NCBI GenBank assembly: GCA_045561295.1
Contig: JBJKYD010000010.1
Coordinates: 64,001-128,000, forward strand
Reading direction: 5' to 3'
DNA: 64,000 nucleotides
DNA from: Gammaproteobacteria bacterium
Lineage (GTDB): Bacteria; Pseudomonadota; Gammaproteobacteria; GCA-002705445; GCA-002716945
Below are positions 1 to 10,723 of this stretch, in pieces. Position numbers and translations under genes: made by a program. The notes under the pieces were generated by a model. That model was not told the DNA's origin, did not search any database, and saw only the letters and a list, made by a program, of their open reading frames with translations. The stretch's first letter is position 1. The number at the start of each line of letters is the position of its first letter.

Positions 1-1668
1 AAAGCAACTTTAATTAGTAAAGATGATATTAACTATGCGCCGTCTTTTATCAAAAAATCTCAAGTAAAAACTGAAACTAAAAGATTTCTAAAATCGCTAG
101 CTAGTATCAAGGAAGAGTATAAGAAATCTAGAGAAAAAATTAAAGATAATTTACCGATGGCTAAACTTATAGAAACACAATTGTTCTTTATCGAAGATCA
201 AGATTTCCAAATGCATATTATTGAAATGATTGAAAATAATTTGTATACAGCAAATTGGGCAATTGCAATTGAATATAAGAGTATTAAAAAATCTTTCGAT
301 GATATTAAAGATAAATATATAAAAGAAAGATTAATAGATATAAAGCAAATGGTAATGAGCTTACTAGATCTTCTACAGTCGAATAAAAAAGAGAATATAT
401 ATAGTAAGATTAGCTTAGAAAGTAAGGTTGTTATTACTGATGAAATAACACCAAAAGATGTTATTGATATCTACCAAAAGCAAGGTTCGGGCGTAATAAC
501 ATCCCATGGTAGTAAATCGTCTCATAGTGCAATATTAAGTAAGAGTCTTTCTTTGCCTATGATAGTTAAAGCAGAATCCTCAAAAGAAGTTATTCGGGAT
601 AATGATGACATTATTATGGATTTGGATAATGAAATTATTATTGTTAATCCCGACCAATTTGAACTTGAATACTTTAAAGGTATTCAATCACACAGATATT
701 CATTGCAAAAAAGTTTAAGGAGAGTTTTAAAGAAAAAGTCACTTACTGATGATGGAATAAAAATAAATATTATGTCTAATTTAGAATTATCAGACGAAGT
801 AAAGTTTTTAAATAATAATTGTGATGGAATAGGATTATATCGAACTGAATATTTATATATGAATAGAAATGATCTTCCTTCAGAAAAAGAACAAATGTCT
901 GTTTATGCGAAAGTTTTCAAAGCTATGAAAAATAAGCCAGTCACACTGAGAACACTAGACATTGGTTCAGACAAAGAAGTATCTGAAAATATAAAAGTTG
1001 GAGACATTGCCAAAAACCCTGCTCTTGGACTCAGAGGAATAAGATATAGTCTTGCCGAAAAAAATATATTTCAGACCCAAATCAAAGCTATGTTGAGAGC
1101 TGGATATAATAATTCATTAAGGATATTGATACCAATGATTACATCCCTTAATGAAATCATCAAAACAAAAGAATTAATAAATAATGCAAAATTAGAATTG
1201 AAAAAAGAAAGAAAGAAATTTACAAATAAATATGACCTCGGAATTATGATTGAAGTTCCTGCATGTGCATTACAAGCTGATGAACTGGCTAAACATGTAG
1301 ATTTCATGTCTATTGGTACAAATGATTTGATTCAATATACTCTTGCAATAGATCGAATTGATGATGAAGTATCGAGTCTATATGATCCTACTAATCCAGC
1401 AGTGTTGTCTTTAATAAAAAAAGTTATCGAATCATGTAACAAATCTAGTATTGATGTAACTGTTTGTGGTGAAATGGCAGGAGAAAAATCATATACAAAG
1501 CTACTACTAGGTCTTGGATTAGAATCATTTAGTATGCATCCTCAAGCAATACCTGAGGTAAAAGATATTATCCTGAATAGTAATATTAATAAAATTAAGA
1601 GAAAAGTTAATGCGATTTTAAAATCTAATGATAGATTCCTAAGAGAAAAGTTAATAAGCAATCTCTAG
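1..1668 (+). CDS. ptsI: PTS enzyme I (PEP-protein phosphotransferase), 5'-truncated by the window
   Basis: Frame 1 is open from base 1. Motifs: phospho-His SHSAILSKSL, GIGLYRTE, NPALGLRGIR, MIEVP, SIGTNDLIQY, CGEMAG. Confidence 0.92.
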   Translation, partial: KATLISKDDINYAPSFIKKSQVKTETKRFLKSLASIKEEYKKSREKIKDNLPMAKLIETQLFFIEDQDFQMHIIEMIENNLYTANWAIAIEYKSIKKSFDDIKDKYIKERLIDIKQMVMSLLDLLQSNKKENIYSKISLESKVVITDEITPKDVIDIYQKQGSGVITSHGSKSSHSAILSKSLSLPMIVKAESSKEVIRDNDDIIMDLDNEIIIVNPDQFELEYFKGIQSHRYSLQKSLRRVLKKKSLTDDGIKINIMSNLELSDEVKFLNNNCDGIGLYRTEYLYMNRNDLPSEKEQMSVYAKVFKAMKNKPVTLRTLDIGSDKEVSENIKVGDIAKNPALGLRGIRYSLAEKNIFQTQIKAMLRAGYNNSLRILIPMITSLNEIIKTKELINNAKLELKKERKKFTNKYDLGIMIEVPACALQADELAKHVDFMSIGTNDLIQYTLAIDRIDDEVSSLYDPTNPAVLSLIKKVIESCNKSSIDVTVCGEMAGEKSYTKLLLGLGLESFSMHPQAIPEVKDIILNSNINKIKRKVNAILKSNDRFLREKLISNL

Positions 1669-2579
1669 TCTTGGTAAGATAACAAAAATTCTATCAAAGC
1701 CATGCTACTATAAAGTCTATTATGAGCTTGTTGCCAAACAACACTAAAATCTGAATCAAGAATGATATCGTCAATCTCCTCCCCTCTATGTGCAGGTAAA
1801 CAATGTAAAAATATTGCATCTTTTTTAGCTTTCGACATTAAATTCATATTTACTTGGTAACTTTTGAATATTTTTTTTCTTTCTTCATTTTCTTGTTCAT
1901 CACCCATACTTGTCCATACATCGGTAGTTACTATGTCAGCATTATTAGCAGCAGTTCCAGGGATATCACATAATTCGACATTATCACCAAATTTTTCAAG
2001 AGTATACGTATCAGGTTCATAACCATTTGGTGTTGATATATTGAGTTTGAAGCTTAATAACTTTGATGCATTAATATAAGAGTTACACATGTTGTTGCCA
2101 TCTCCAATCCATGCAATTGTCATTTTGGAAAAATCATTTCCTTTTGTCTCTGCTACTGTTTGCATATCAGCTAATAACTGACAGGGATGAAAAAGGTTAC
2201 ATAAACCATTAATTACAGGAACTGAGGAAAATTTTGCAAGTTTCTTAATTTCATCATGAGTATTCGTTCTCATCATAATTAAATCGACCATACCTGAAAG
2301 CACTTGGGCAGTGTCAGAGATATCCTCACCTCTTTTTAACTGTGAAGAATCTTCGGATAAAAATATTGCATGTCCACCCAATTTATACATTGCAGTTTCA
2401 AATGATACTCTCGTCCTAGTAGAATTTTTCTTGAATATCATTGCTAATGTTCTATTCAAGAATGGTCTAGGTATTTTATTTAGTTTATCCAGTTCTTTAA
2501 AATCAATTGCTCTTTGAATAATCTTCAAGAGTTCTTGAGTATTTATATCTATTAAAGATTTGAAATCTCTTTTATTCAT
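1665..2579 (-). CDS. argF: Ornithine carbamoyltransferase
   Basis: STRTR, HPCQ, WTSMG and HCLP motifs; directly downstream of argD. Confidence 0.96.
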   Translation of the reverse strand: MNKRDFKSLIDINTQELLKIIQRAIDFKELDKLNKIPRPFLNRTLAMIFKKNSTRTRVSFETAMYKLGGHAIFLSEDSSQLKRGEDISDTAQVLSGMVDLIMMRTNTHDEIKKLAKFSSVPVINGLCNLFHPCQLLADMQTVAETKGNDFSKMTIAWIGDGNNMCNSYINASKLLSFKLNISTPNGYEPDTYTLEKFGDNVELCDIPGTAANNADIVTTDVWTSMGDEQENEERKKIFKSYQVNMNLMSKAKKDAIFLHCLPAHRGEEIDDIILDSDFSVVWQQAHNRLYSSMALIEFLLSYQD

Positions 2580-3753
2580 AATTTTCTTTGATTAGCTGTT
2601 CAATAATATCAACAATATTCAAAATATGTTTGTCTTCACATATTAGAGGCGGTAGTAATCTAATTATTCTATCTTTGGTTACATTCAATACTAAACCTTT
2701 TTCTAGTGCTTTCACAACTAGTTCCGTGCAGTTGCAATCTAGTTCTATACCAATCATCATTCCATGAATCCTAATATCTGATACAACTTTAAGATCTTTT
2801 ATTTTTGAATGCATAGCATTTTTCATCGTTGAACTTATAGCTCTTACATGATTGCATATGTGTTCATCTCTCATGATATCTAGAATACATAAACCGACAG
2901 ATGTAGATAAATAATTTCCACCAAATGTTGAGCCATGCATACCTGCGCTTAATACTTTGGCTGCATCTCCTTTAGCAAGACAAGCTCCTATCGGAACACC
3001 GTTTCCAAGTGCTTTTGCTACCATGACAACATCAGGTGATACATTAAAATGTTGATAACTAAACCATTTCCCTGTTCTACAAAAACCAGATTGAACTTCG
3101 TCAGCCATAAGGAGTATTTTGTTAGCTGTGCACATATCACTGAGTTCTCTCATGTAATCGTCACTACAAGAAATAATACCCCCTTCACCTTGAACAGGCT
3201 CCAATAGAATTGCAGCAATATCTTTATGTGCTTTTAGGACCTCTTTGATCTCATTAATATCATTAAATTTTACTCTTACGAGCCCTTCTAAAATAGGTCC
3301 AAATGCTAGATGAGAAGCTTCGTTAGATGTTACGCTCATTGCTCCCATTGTCCTACCATGGAAACTATTTGACATTACAACTATCTTTGGATTTTCATAA
3401 CCTCTATCATGGCCATATTTTCTTGCTATTTTTATTGCTGCTTCAACTGCCTCAGCACCTGAGTTACAAAAAAAGGAATTTTCCATTCCTGTAAGTTGGC
3501 ATAGTCTTTTTGCTAACTTCTCTTGGCTATCAATTTGAAATGCATTTGATGTGTGTATTAATTCTTGAGATTGTTTTTTTATAGCTTCAGTAATTTTTGG
3601 ATTAGAGTGCCCCAGACTTGTAACCGCTAATCCACACAAAGCATCTAGATATTTTTTCCCTTTATTATCGTAAAGATAAACTCCCTCTCCTTTTAAAAAG
3701 GAAACAGGTTTTCTGTTATAGGTTGGCATTATATTACTTTTCATATTCATCAT
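2572..3753 (-). CDS. argD: Acetylornithine aminotransferase
   Basis: Class III PLP aminotransferase motifs FFCNSGAEA, FHGRT, EPVQGEGG, DEVQSG, AKALGNG, HGSTFGGN. Confidence 0.93.
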   Translation of the reverse strand: MMNMKSNIMPTYNRKPVSFLKGEGVYLYDNKGKKYLDALCGLAVTSLGHSNPKITEAIKKQSQELIHTSNAFQIDSQEKLAKRLCQLTGMENSFFCNSGAEAVEAAIKIARKYGHDRGYENPKIVVMSNSFHGRTMGAMSVTSNEASHLAFGPILEGLVRVKFNDINEIKEVLKAHKDIAAILLEPVQGEGGIISCSDDYMRELSDMCTANKILLMADEVQSGFCRTGKWFSYQHFNVSPDVVMVAKALGNGVPIGACLAKGDAAKVLSAGMHGSTFGGNYLSTSVGLCILDIMRDEHICNHVRAISSTMKNAMHSKIKDLKVVSDIRIHGMMIGIELDCNCTELVVKALEKGLVLNVTKDRIIRLLPPLICEDKHILNIVDIIEQLIKENYE

Positions 3754-3896
3754 TTTCGCATGAAAAAGGTATTCTATATTAAATTATCAAGAATACTAGA
3801 TATAGCTGATAATTCACTTAAGGTGCATATTAATGTGTATTTTTGGTGCAATTTCCCTTATTATAGTCATGTTAACGTTAAACATTAGGGGAAAAC

Positions 3897-4964
3897 ATGA
3901 AAAAACTATTAAGTTTAGTACTACTTATGGGCCTTTCATCTTTATCTTATGCTGGCGGTCAAGCAATGAGTGGTAGTGAACATAACCATGCTTCTTCAGC
4001 TAAGGCATCTTCCGGAGTTCATTTCTATGGAAGATTGTACATAGGATATGATAAAACATCTGGATCAGTTCAAAGATTAGATGATGGTGGTAATAAAAGT
4101 AGATTGGGTCTTAAAATTAAATCTGGAAATATCATCGGAAACTTAGAATATAAATTCGATATTGGTGATGGTACAAGTGGCGCAGGTAATAACTGTGGTA
4201 CTAATAATGCAAATGGTTGTCAAACATTTGATATGCATGTAGGTAATCTTGGCTTTATGACACCTTTAGGTTATATAGGTGCTGGTACATTTGAAGCGCC
4301 ATATAAAACAATGGGGCAATTTGATACCAATATGGATACTGCTATCGCATTAAACTCTCATGGTGGATTTAGTCAAGGACAAGGTGGTATAGCTGGCAAC
4401 TTCGAAGGTGCTATGGCTTATCATGCAATGATGGGTCCGATAGAACTTGGGTTTATGTATGCAGCGACAGACAATACAGCTAATGACAATACAAATACAG
4501 ACAGAGGAGACTATTCTCTTGGTATTACATTTAAAGACATGGTCATGAGCGGTTTGACATTTGGATATGCAACGTATAATGATAATGAAGTTTCTGGGGG
4601 CGATAGTGAGAGTAATGACAAATTCTTTGCTTCTTACAAAGTAATGCCAAATATGGGCGTATTTGCATCTCTTGAAGATCTTGAAGTGGCAAATACTTTC
4701 ATAGCATCTAGTAATCTAGACGGTGAAATAAAAACCTTTGGTATTCACTACTCTATGGGCACAGCTGATTTACAACTAGTCACTGCAGAAGGTGAGGTAA
4801 GTTCAAGTGGAGCAGCTAATCAAGACTATAACACACGTAGTATCTCTGCGAAAATTAATCTAAGTAAACATTCAGATATTACAATTGGTTATACTAAGCA
4901 AGACTTTGATCAAGATGGAGCTGATGTCAGTACCTCTGGATTTGGACTAACACATAAATTTTAG
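3897..4964 (+). CDS. Outer-membrane porin, Gram-negative porin family (porin 1, acidic)
   Basis: Signal peptide, FYGRLY first strand, SRLGLK, amphipathic beta strands, C-terminal GLTHKF; SD AGGGGA upstream and a terminator downstream. Confidence 0.85.
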   Translation: MKKLLSLVLLMGLSSLSYAGGQAMSGSEHNHASSAKASSGVHFYGRLYIGYDKTSGSVQRLDDGGNKSRLGLKIKSGNIIGNLEYKFDIGDGTSGAGNNCGTNNANGCQTFDMHVGNLGFMTPLGYIGAGTFEAPYKTMGQFDTNMDTAIALNSHGGFSQGQGGIAGNFEGAMAYHAMMGPIELGFMYAATDNTANDNTNTDRGDYSLGITFKDMVMSGLTFGYATYNDNEVSGGDSESNDKFFASYKVMPNMGVFASLEDLEVANTFIASSNLDGEIKTFGIHYSMGTADLQLVTAEGEVSSSGAANQDYNTRSISAKINLSKHSDITIGYTKQDFDQDGADVSTSGFGLTHKF

Positions 4965-4988
4965 TTTAGTTCAGTATCATGAGAAATT

Positions 4989-5021
4989 AACCTAACCTGT
5001 TTAACAGGTTAGGTTTTTTTT
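4989..5021 (+). terminator. Rho-independent terminator of porin 1
   Basis: AACCTAACCTGTT/AACAGGTTAGGTT inverted repeat followed by a T run. Confidence 0.88.
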
Positions 5022-5023
5022 GA

Positions 5024-5641
5024 TTAAGCAATAAATGTTATTAAAGATGCTAATGATACTAGACCTGGATGATGTGCTCCTCCCATGAACAAGAGCATTG
5101 GTATGCTTAGTGCAGTATTAGTCCTCGAAGCAAGTAAAGCTGTTTTCTTTGCTTTTGCAATTTCATCTGCTGTTGCATCCACTAAACCAAGTACTTTTTG
5201 TTGATTTGGCCAAATAAGTACCCACACATTAAATAACATGATTGTTCCAAGCCATGCGCCAGCACCGATTACTGAGCTGTAGCCGCCTGCAAATGTGAAT
5301 GCATCTACGAATTGACCATGGTGCCCTAGGTAAGCTGCTCCTGTCACCCATGTAACTACCGCGCCCCATCTGAACCATAACAAAGCTAAAGGTGCTACGT
5401 ATTTTCCTATTGCTGCAGGTCCGGGCTCCTTATCTGCAGTTGCCTTAGCCATTGCTGGAACTTGTACAAAATTAAAATAGTACAAAAGACCTATCCATGT
5501 TACCCCTGATAGATAATGTAACCATCTAATATAGCCCTCTGCTTCGATAGGAATAGCACCGTCGGTCAATATCATTATAAATACTACCGCTAGTAGAAAA
5601 CCTGAAATTATAGTACCTTTTATTGATAATAAAGGATTCAT
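5024..5641 (-). CDS. PuuD-like (urate oxidase N-terminal domain) membrane protein, lacking the cytochrome c domain
   Basis: RWLHYLSGVTWIGLLYYFNFVQ, WFRWGA, IMLFNVWVLIWPNQ and SRTNT motifs; no CxxCH. Confidence 0.7.
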   Translation of the reverse strand: MNPLLSIKGTIISGFLLAVVFIMILTDGAIPIEAEGYIRWLHYLSGVTWIGLLYYFNFVQVPAMAKATADKEPGPAAIGKYVAPLALLWFRWGAVVTWVTGAAYLGHHGQFVDAFTFAGGYSSVIGAGAWLGTIMLFNVWVLIWPNQQKVLGLVDATADEIAKAKKTALLASRTNTALSIPMLLFMGGAHHPGLVSLASLITFIA

Positions 5642-5724
5642 ATATATGCCTCATTTGTTGATTGAAATTATGTCTAATAATAAATGAAGTAGTATATTTA
5701 ATCTACAGGAGATGCAACTCAATT

Positions 5725-7491
5725 ATGTGTGGAATTTGTGGTGAATTCAAATTTAATGGAAAATCCTTTAATGATGTAAAGTTGACTAATCTAATGAGCT
5801 CAATCTCAAATAGAGGAAGAGACTCAAAAGGAACATTCAAAAACACAGATATATTTCTTGGTCATCATAGATTATCGATTATTGATACTTCAGATAAGTC
5901 TAATCAGCCTATGGTCATAGAAAATTATGTGATCGTGTTCAATGGCATTATCTATAACTACAAGGAAATCAGGCAGAAACTAATTGCTGAGGGGCATGTC
6001 TTTAAATCAACAGGTGATACTGAAGTTGTAATTAGATCATATATTGAGTATGGGGATAAATGTGTAGAGCATTTTGATGGTGTTTTTTCCTTTTGCATAT
6101 ACAACTTAACTAAGAAGAATGTTTTTTTAGCAAGGGATCGAATAGGCATAAAGCCTCTCTATTATTCTATAGATAATAGTCAGCTAGTATTCTCGTCATC
6201 TATGAAAGGCATTTTAAGTAGTAAAGGTAAGATTGAAATAAATCCAATCGCCCTGAACTATCAGTTTACGATTCACTCTATGGTACCTGCTCCGCACACG
6301 ATCATTGATGGCATAAAAAAATTGGAACCAGGACATACTCTAAATGTAACTAAATCAGGTGAGACTCGCCTTCATAAATATTTTGATGTCAATAATGTCG
6401 AATTAAAAAAATATAGTGATGATGAAATTATAAATAATATTGATGCTCTTCTGAATAATGCTGTAGAAAAAAGATTAAATATTGCAGATGTTCCAGTTGG
6501 AATATTGTTATCTGGAGGACTAGATTCAAGTCTAATTACTGCAATTTCAAAAAAATATAAGGAAGAATTAAATACTTACTCAATTGGGTTTAATACGATA
6601 AATAATGAGATTGGTAATGAATTTTATTATTCAGATTTAGTAGCGGATGATTTTAAAACATCACATTATAAATATAATATATCTAATGATGATTTATATC
6701 ATAATCTAGACACAGTTATATCTAATATGAGTGAGCCTATGGTCAGCCAGGATTCATCAGCTTTTTTCTTGTTAGCAAAAAATGTTTCATTGTCAAACAA
6801 GGTTGTATTAAGCGGTCAAGGAGCAGATGAGGTATTCGGAGGTTATTTTTGGTACGAACAAATAATGAAAGATCAAGGTAGAAATGATACAGAGATATTA
6901 TCTAAGTATTATTTCGATAGGACATTTGATAATTATTGTAATGCAATAAATAAAAAATATATAAGTACTAATAATGTATTTAATGAGATCAATAATAAAT
7001 TTAAAGAAATGGACCAAGACTTACCTGTGCTTGATAAAGTATTAAGATTAGAGCTGTCTACACTTATAATAGATGATCCTGTTAAAAGGGTTGATAATAT
7101 GACTATGTCTCATGCATTAGAGGCAAGGGTGCCTTTCCTAGATATAGATTTAATTGAATTTATGTTATCAGTAAAAAGCGAAAACAAAATAAATAAAACA
7201 AATAAATACTATTTAAAAAAGCTATCAGAGAAGTACCTTAAAAATGAAGTAATTTATCGAGATAAGTTTTATTTTCCAGTACCTCCACTAAAGATAATTA
7301 AAAACAGATTTTATGATTATTGTAAGAATATTCTGTGTAGTGATGTTGCCATAGAAAGAAATATCTATAATAGAAAATATATTGATAAATTAATCGCTAG
7401 TCCTAATGATAATTTTACAAACTTAAATGGTAATGAGCTCTGGCACTTTACCCTACTAGAAAGGTGGTTACAACTTAACGTTGATGTATGA
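5725..7491 (+). CDS. Glutamine-dependent amidotransferase, asparagine synthetase B family (AsnO / N-acetylglutaminylglutamine amidotransferase-like)
   Basis: Start reassigned to ATG 5725 (MCGICGE, Ntn Cys). Motifs HRLSIID, SGGLDSS, EPMVSQD, SGQGADE, DDPVKRVDNMTM. Confidence 0.85.
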   Translation: MCGICGEFKFNGKSFNDVKLTNLMSSISNRGRDSKGTFKNTDIFLGHHRLSIIDTSDKSNQPMVIENYVIVFNGIIYNYKEIRQKLIAEGHVFKSTGDTEVVIRSYIEYGDKCVEHFDGVFSFCIYNLTKKNVFLARDRIGIKPLYYSIDNSQLVFSSSMKGILSSKGKIEINPIALNYQFTIHSMVPAPHTIIDGIKKLEPGHTLNVTKSGETRLHKYFDVNNVELKKYSDDEIINNIDALLNNAVEKRLNIADVPVGILLSGGLDSSLITAISKKYKEELNTYSIGFNTINNEIGNEFYYSDLVADDFKTSHYKYNISNDDLYHNLDTVISNMSEPMVSQDSSAFFLLAKNVSLSNKVVLSGQGADEVFGGYFWYEQIMKDQGRNDTEILSKYYFDRTFDNYCNAINKKYISTNNVFNEINNKFKEMDQDLPVLDKVLRLELSTLIIDDPVKRVDNMTMSHALEARVPFLDIDLIEFMLSVKSENKINKTNKYYLKKLSEKYLKNEVIYRDKFYFPVPPLKIIKNRFYDYCKNILCSDVAIERNIYNRKYIDKLIASPNDNFTNLNGNELWHFTLLERWLQLNVDV

Positions 7492-7527
7492 TCATTCTAG
7501 TTATATAATTTAAAAAAAGGAGATAGT

Positions 7528-7842
7528 ATGTCAGCATTAGAAAGAATTAAAAAACAAGTAGAAGAAAGTCCAGTAATAATCTATATGAAAGGTACACCTC
7601 AAATGCCAATGTGTGGATTTTCATCAAGGACAGTTGAAGCCCTGAAAAGTTGTGGTAAAGAATTTTCGTATGTTAATGTAATTTTGGATTCAGAAATCAT
7701 GCAAGAACTTCCAAACTTTGCTGACTGGCCAACTTTCCCTCAGCTTTATATTAAAGGTGAACTGATAGGTGGTTGTGATATAACTTTAGATTTACATAAA
7801 TCAGGTGAACTACAAAAGATGATTGACGAGGCTGTGGCCTAG
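7528..7842 (+). CDS. grxD: Monothiol glutaredoxin Grx4
   Basis: KGTP..PMCGFS, WPTFPQLY, GGCDI; SD AGGAG. Confidence 0.95.
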   Translation: MSALERIKKQVEESPVIIYMKGTPQMPMCGFSSRTVEALKSCGKEFSYVNVILDSEIMQELPNFADWPTFPQLYIKGELIGGCDITLDLHKSGELQKMIDEAVA

Positions 7843-8468
7843 TCAACTGGACTGTTTATTGCGTGTATAATACCCCAATAGTCAAAAAGATTTATCTTAG
7901 AGATTGATTGTACGTTTAATTTTGCGTAAGCATTAAATTCTGAGAATGGAAAATACGGCCTCCAACCTAAGTACTTACTTATTGGCATTAAACCTTTTTC
8001 TAGGACTTTTATTAATGCATTATCAGTATCAAAACTAAAATGGTTTACTAGGTAAATATCTCCCTTGGGTTTGCATACTCTTTTCATTTCTTTGATTAAT
8101 AAATCAGGATTTTGCGTAACTGATACGACATACATTCCTACAACTTTATCAAATGAATTATCTTCAAATTTAAGTTGCTCACCGTTCATCATAACTACAC
8201 TTTTATTTTTAAGGCGATTTGATTCAATGTGATTTCTAGCTTTATCTAACATATCAGGTGATATATCTATGCCTGTTACAGCTGTTTCATCTGGATAGTA
8301 GCTATACGATGTTCCTGTTCCAATTCCTATCTCAAGCACTTTATCTGTTGGTGTGCATTCCATCATGCTAACAAGTTTTTTCTGCCCAGGTTTGAAAACT
8401 TTACCGAATGTATAGTCATAAAAACTAGACACTCTTTTATATGATTTAATTATAGACTTGTCGTCCAA
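7839..8468 (-). CDS. pmtA: Class I SAM methyltransferase, probable phosphatidylethanolamine N-methyltransferase (Rhodobacter-type PmtA)
   Basis: YD.TFG, VLEIGIGTG, MYVVSV, EMKRVCKP.G.I..VNHF, LGWRP. Confidence 0.7.
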   Translation of the reverse strand: MDDKSIIKSYKRVSSFYDYTFGKVFKPGQKKLVSMMECTPTDKVLEIGIGTGTSYSYYPDETAVTGIDISPDMLDKARNHIESNRLKNKSVVMMNGEQLKFEDNSFDKVVGMYVVSVTQNPDLLIKEMKRVCKPKGDIYLVNHFSFDTDNALIKVLEKGLMPISKYLGWRPYFPFSEFNAYAKLNVQSISKINLFDYWGIIHAINSPVD

Positions 8469-8500
8469 TATGCTATCCTTTAATAAATATTAAACGTCAA

Positions 8501-9028
8501 TTGTACCACTTTATGAATGGATTATTCAAAACTTTCACAGATATAATGCTTTTTAAAAAAGGGCCTCAAGACCTACCTTCTAGTCAAAGCCTCCTAAATT
8601 TATTTATAATAGCGAATATTCTTATTAGCTTTATACCCAATGATGTTAACTACAATATGGGCATAGCAGTTATCACATCCCTTATTTATATAGGAGCTAG
8701 CCTCTTTTTTATCCAAACAATATTAAGCATTAAAGAAAACATGACTTCCAGCACTGGTTACAGGGTGCGCTATATTCAATCAGCTACATCTATACTGGGA
8801 ATTCATGCAATTATTGGTTTTATAACGAGCATAATTTTCTACTTAAGCAGTAATTCTGACTCTGTAATTTTTATTATACTTTTAGCAACGATCTATTCGT
8901 GGCTGATCTATGGTTATATATTTAAGAATGCCCTTGATTGCACGACATTCATGGGCCTATCAATATCATTTCTCTATAGCATGATAATAGGGTTCATGCT
9001 TATTATCGTTCTTTCCTTTTTTATATGA
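8501..9028 (+). CDS. Hypothetical integral membrane protein
   Basis: About 5 hydrophobic segments and a GPQDLP motif; stop overlaps the mpl start. True start may be ATG 8513. Confidence 0.7.
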   Translation: MYHFMNGLFKTFTDIMLFKKGPQDLPSSQSLLNLFIIANILISFIPNDVNYNMGIAVITSLIYIGASLFFIQTILSIKENMTSSTGYRVRYIQSATSILGIHAIIGFITSIIFYLSSNSDSVIFIILLATIYSWLIYGYIFKNALDCTTFMGLSISFLYSMIIGFMLIIVLSFFI

Positions 9029-10344
9029 AAATACATATTCTAGGTATCGCTGGAACATTCATGTCAGGTATAGCTATTTTGGCAAAACAAAAAGGTCATG
9101 ATGTTACAGGATCTGATCTTGCTAATTATGATCCAATAAAATCAGTTTTAGAAAAAAATAATATAAATGTGATTATTGGCCATAGAATCAAAGATGTAAA
9201 AAATAAGGATTTAATAATCATAGGTAATGTAATGTCGAGAGGCAATCCTGTTGTTGAATACATTTTAAAAAATCAAATTAGTTTTACATCTGGACCTAAA
9301 TGGCTTTATGAAAATATTTTAAAAGATAAAAAAGTCATCGCAGTGAGTGGCACACACGGTAAAACGACGACTACATCTATGATTGTACATATAATGAATA
9401 AAAATAAGTTAAATCCAAGTTATCTAATAGGCGGTGATCCTATAGGTGATACTCCTTCAGTTAAACTTACCAAATCAGAATACTTTGTGATTGAAGCTGA
9501 TGAATATGATACGGCATTTTTTGATAAGCAGTCTAAATTCATGCATTATAGTCCTCATATTTTATTAATTAATAATATTGAATTTGATCATGCTGATATT
9601 TTTCGAGATATTGGAGATATCATTAAAACATTTCATAATCTAATTAGGCTTATACCGCCTGACGGAAAAGTTATTATAAATAAAAATAATCCCAACATAA
9701 AAAATCTTATAAAAATTGGTTGTTGGTCTAAAATCATAACAATAGACGAGAAAAAGACGAATGGAGATTTAAATCTTATTAAAGGTAAAAATTATACTCT
9801 TTCAGTAAAGAATAATAGATACAAATTGCCTGATCATATGATTGGACAACATAATTACTTAAATGCTACAGCGGCGATAGCAGTAGGTTGTCAATTAAAA
9901 ATTAATATTAATAAACAAATTAATAGTTTAGAAACATTTCGAGGTGTTCAAAAAAGAATGGAATATATCGGACAAGTCAATGGAACAAAAATATACGATG
10001 ACTTTGCACATCATCCTACAGCGATAAAATCATCCATAGAAGGAATAATGAGTAAGCATAGAAATCAAAAATTATTGACGATATTTTTACCGAACTCTAA
10101 TTCGATGAATCTAGGCACTCATGATAGTAAGCTGTTGTCTTCGTTGAATAAATCTAGAGATGTGTTAATTGTGACTAAATCTAAGAGGTTAAAAAAGCTT
10201 CTAGAAAATAACATTAAAATAAGTGTTATTGAATCTCAGTCACAAATAGGCCACTATCTTCAAAACAATAATGAATACGATACTATATTAATACTATCTA
10301 ATAAAAGTACAAAAGATATAATCAGATCCATAAGAAATGAATAA
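9025..10344 (+). CDS. mpl: Murein peptide ligase
   Basis: [49 protein letters not shown]. Confidence 0.93.
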   Translation: MKIHILGIAGTFMSGIAILAKQKGHDVTGSDLANYDPIKSVLEKNNINVIIGHRIKDVKNKDLIIIGNVMSRGNPVVEYILKNQISFTSGPKWLYENILKDKKVIAVSGTHGKTTTTSMIVHIMNKNKLNPSYLIGGDPIGDTPSVKLTKSEYFVIEADEYDTAFFDKQSKFMHYSPHILLINNIEFDHADIFRDIGDIIKTFHNLIRLIPPDGKVIINKNNPNIKNLIKIGCWSKIITIDEKKTNGDLNLIKGKNYTLSVKNNRYKLPDHMIGQHNYLNATAAIAVGCQLKININKQINSLETFRGVQKRMEYIGQVNGTKIYDDFAHHPTAIKSSIEGIMSKHRNQKLLTIFLPNSNSMNLGTHDSKLLSSLNKSRDVLIVTKSKRLKKLLENNIKISVIESQSQIGHYLQNNNEYDTILILSNKSTKDIIRSIRNE

Positions 10345-10723
10345 AACAAATAAAAATGAGCTTTCAAAAAAGTTGACTAGTGATCAATTTAATATCACTC
10401 AAAACAAAGGTACAGAGCCACCTTTTACAGGCAAATATTTAAATAACAAGCAAGCTGGAAGGTATAAATGTATTTGTTGTGGAACTGAACTTTTTTCATC
10501 AGAACATAAATATGATTCACATTCAGGCTGGCCTAGTTTTTTTGACGTAAGTAATAATAAAAACGTATTGTTAGTAACCGATAAATCTCATGGAATGATA
10601 AGAACCGAAGTTGTATGCAGTAATTGCCATGCTCACTTAGGGCATGTTTTTGATGATGGACCAGCTCCTACAAATAAAAGATACTGTATAAACTCAGCTG
10701 CTTTGAAATTTATCAATGAGTAA
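10337..10723 (+). CDS. msrB: Peptide methionine (R)-sulfoxide reductase
   Basis: [29 protein letters not shown]. Confidence 0.96.
   Translation: MNKTNKNELSKKLTSDQFNITQNKGTEPPFTGKYLNNKQAGRYKCICCGTELFSSEHKYDSHSGWPSFFDVSNNKNVLLVTDKSHGMIRTEVVCSNCHAHLGHVFDDGPAPTNKRYCINSAALKFINE

Noticed and set aside
3811-3850. NtrC sites (two GGTGCA half-sites) upstream of porin 1
   Set aside because: The left half-sites match TGCAC poorly or at the wrong spacing, and no sigma54 motif is evident.
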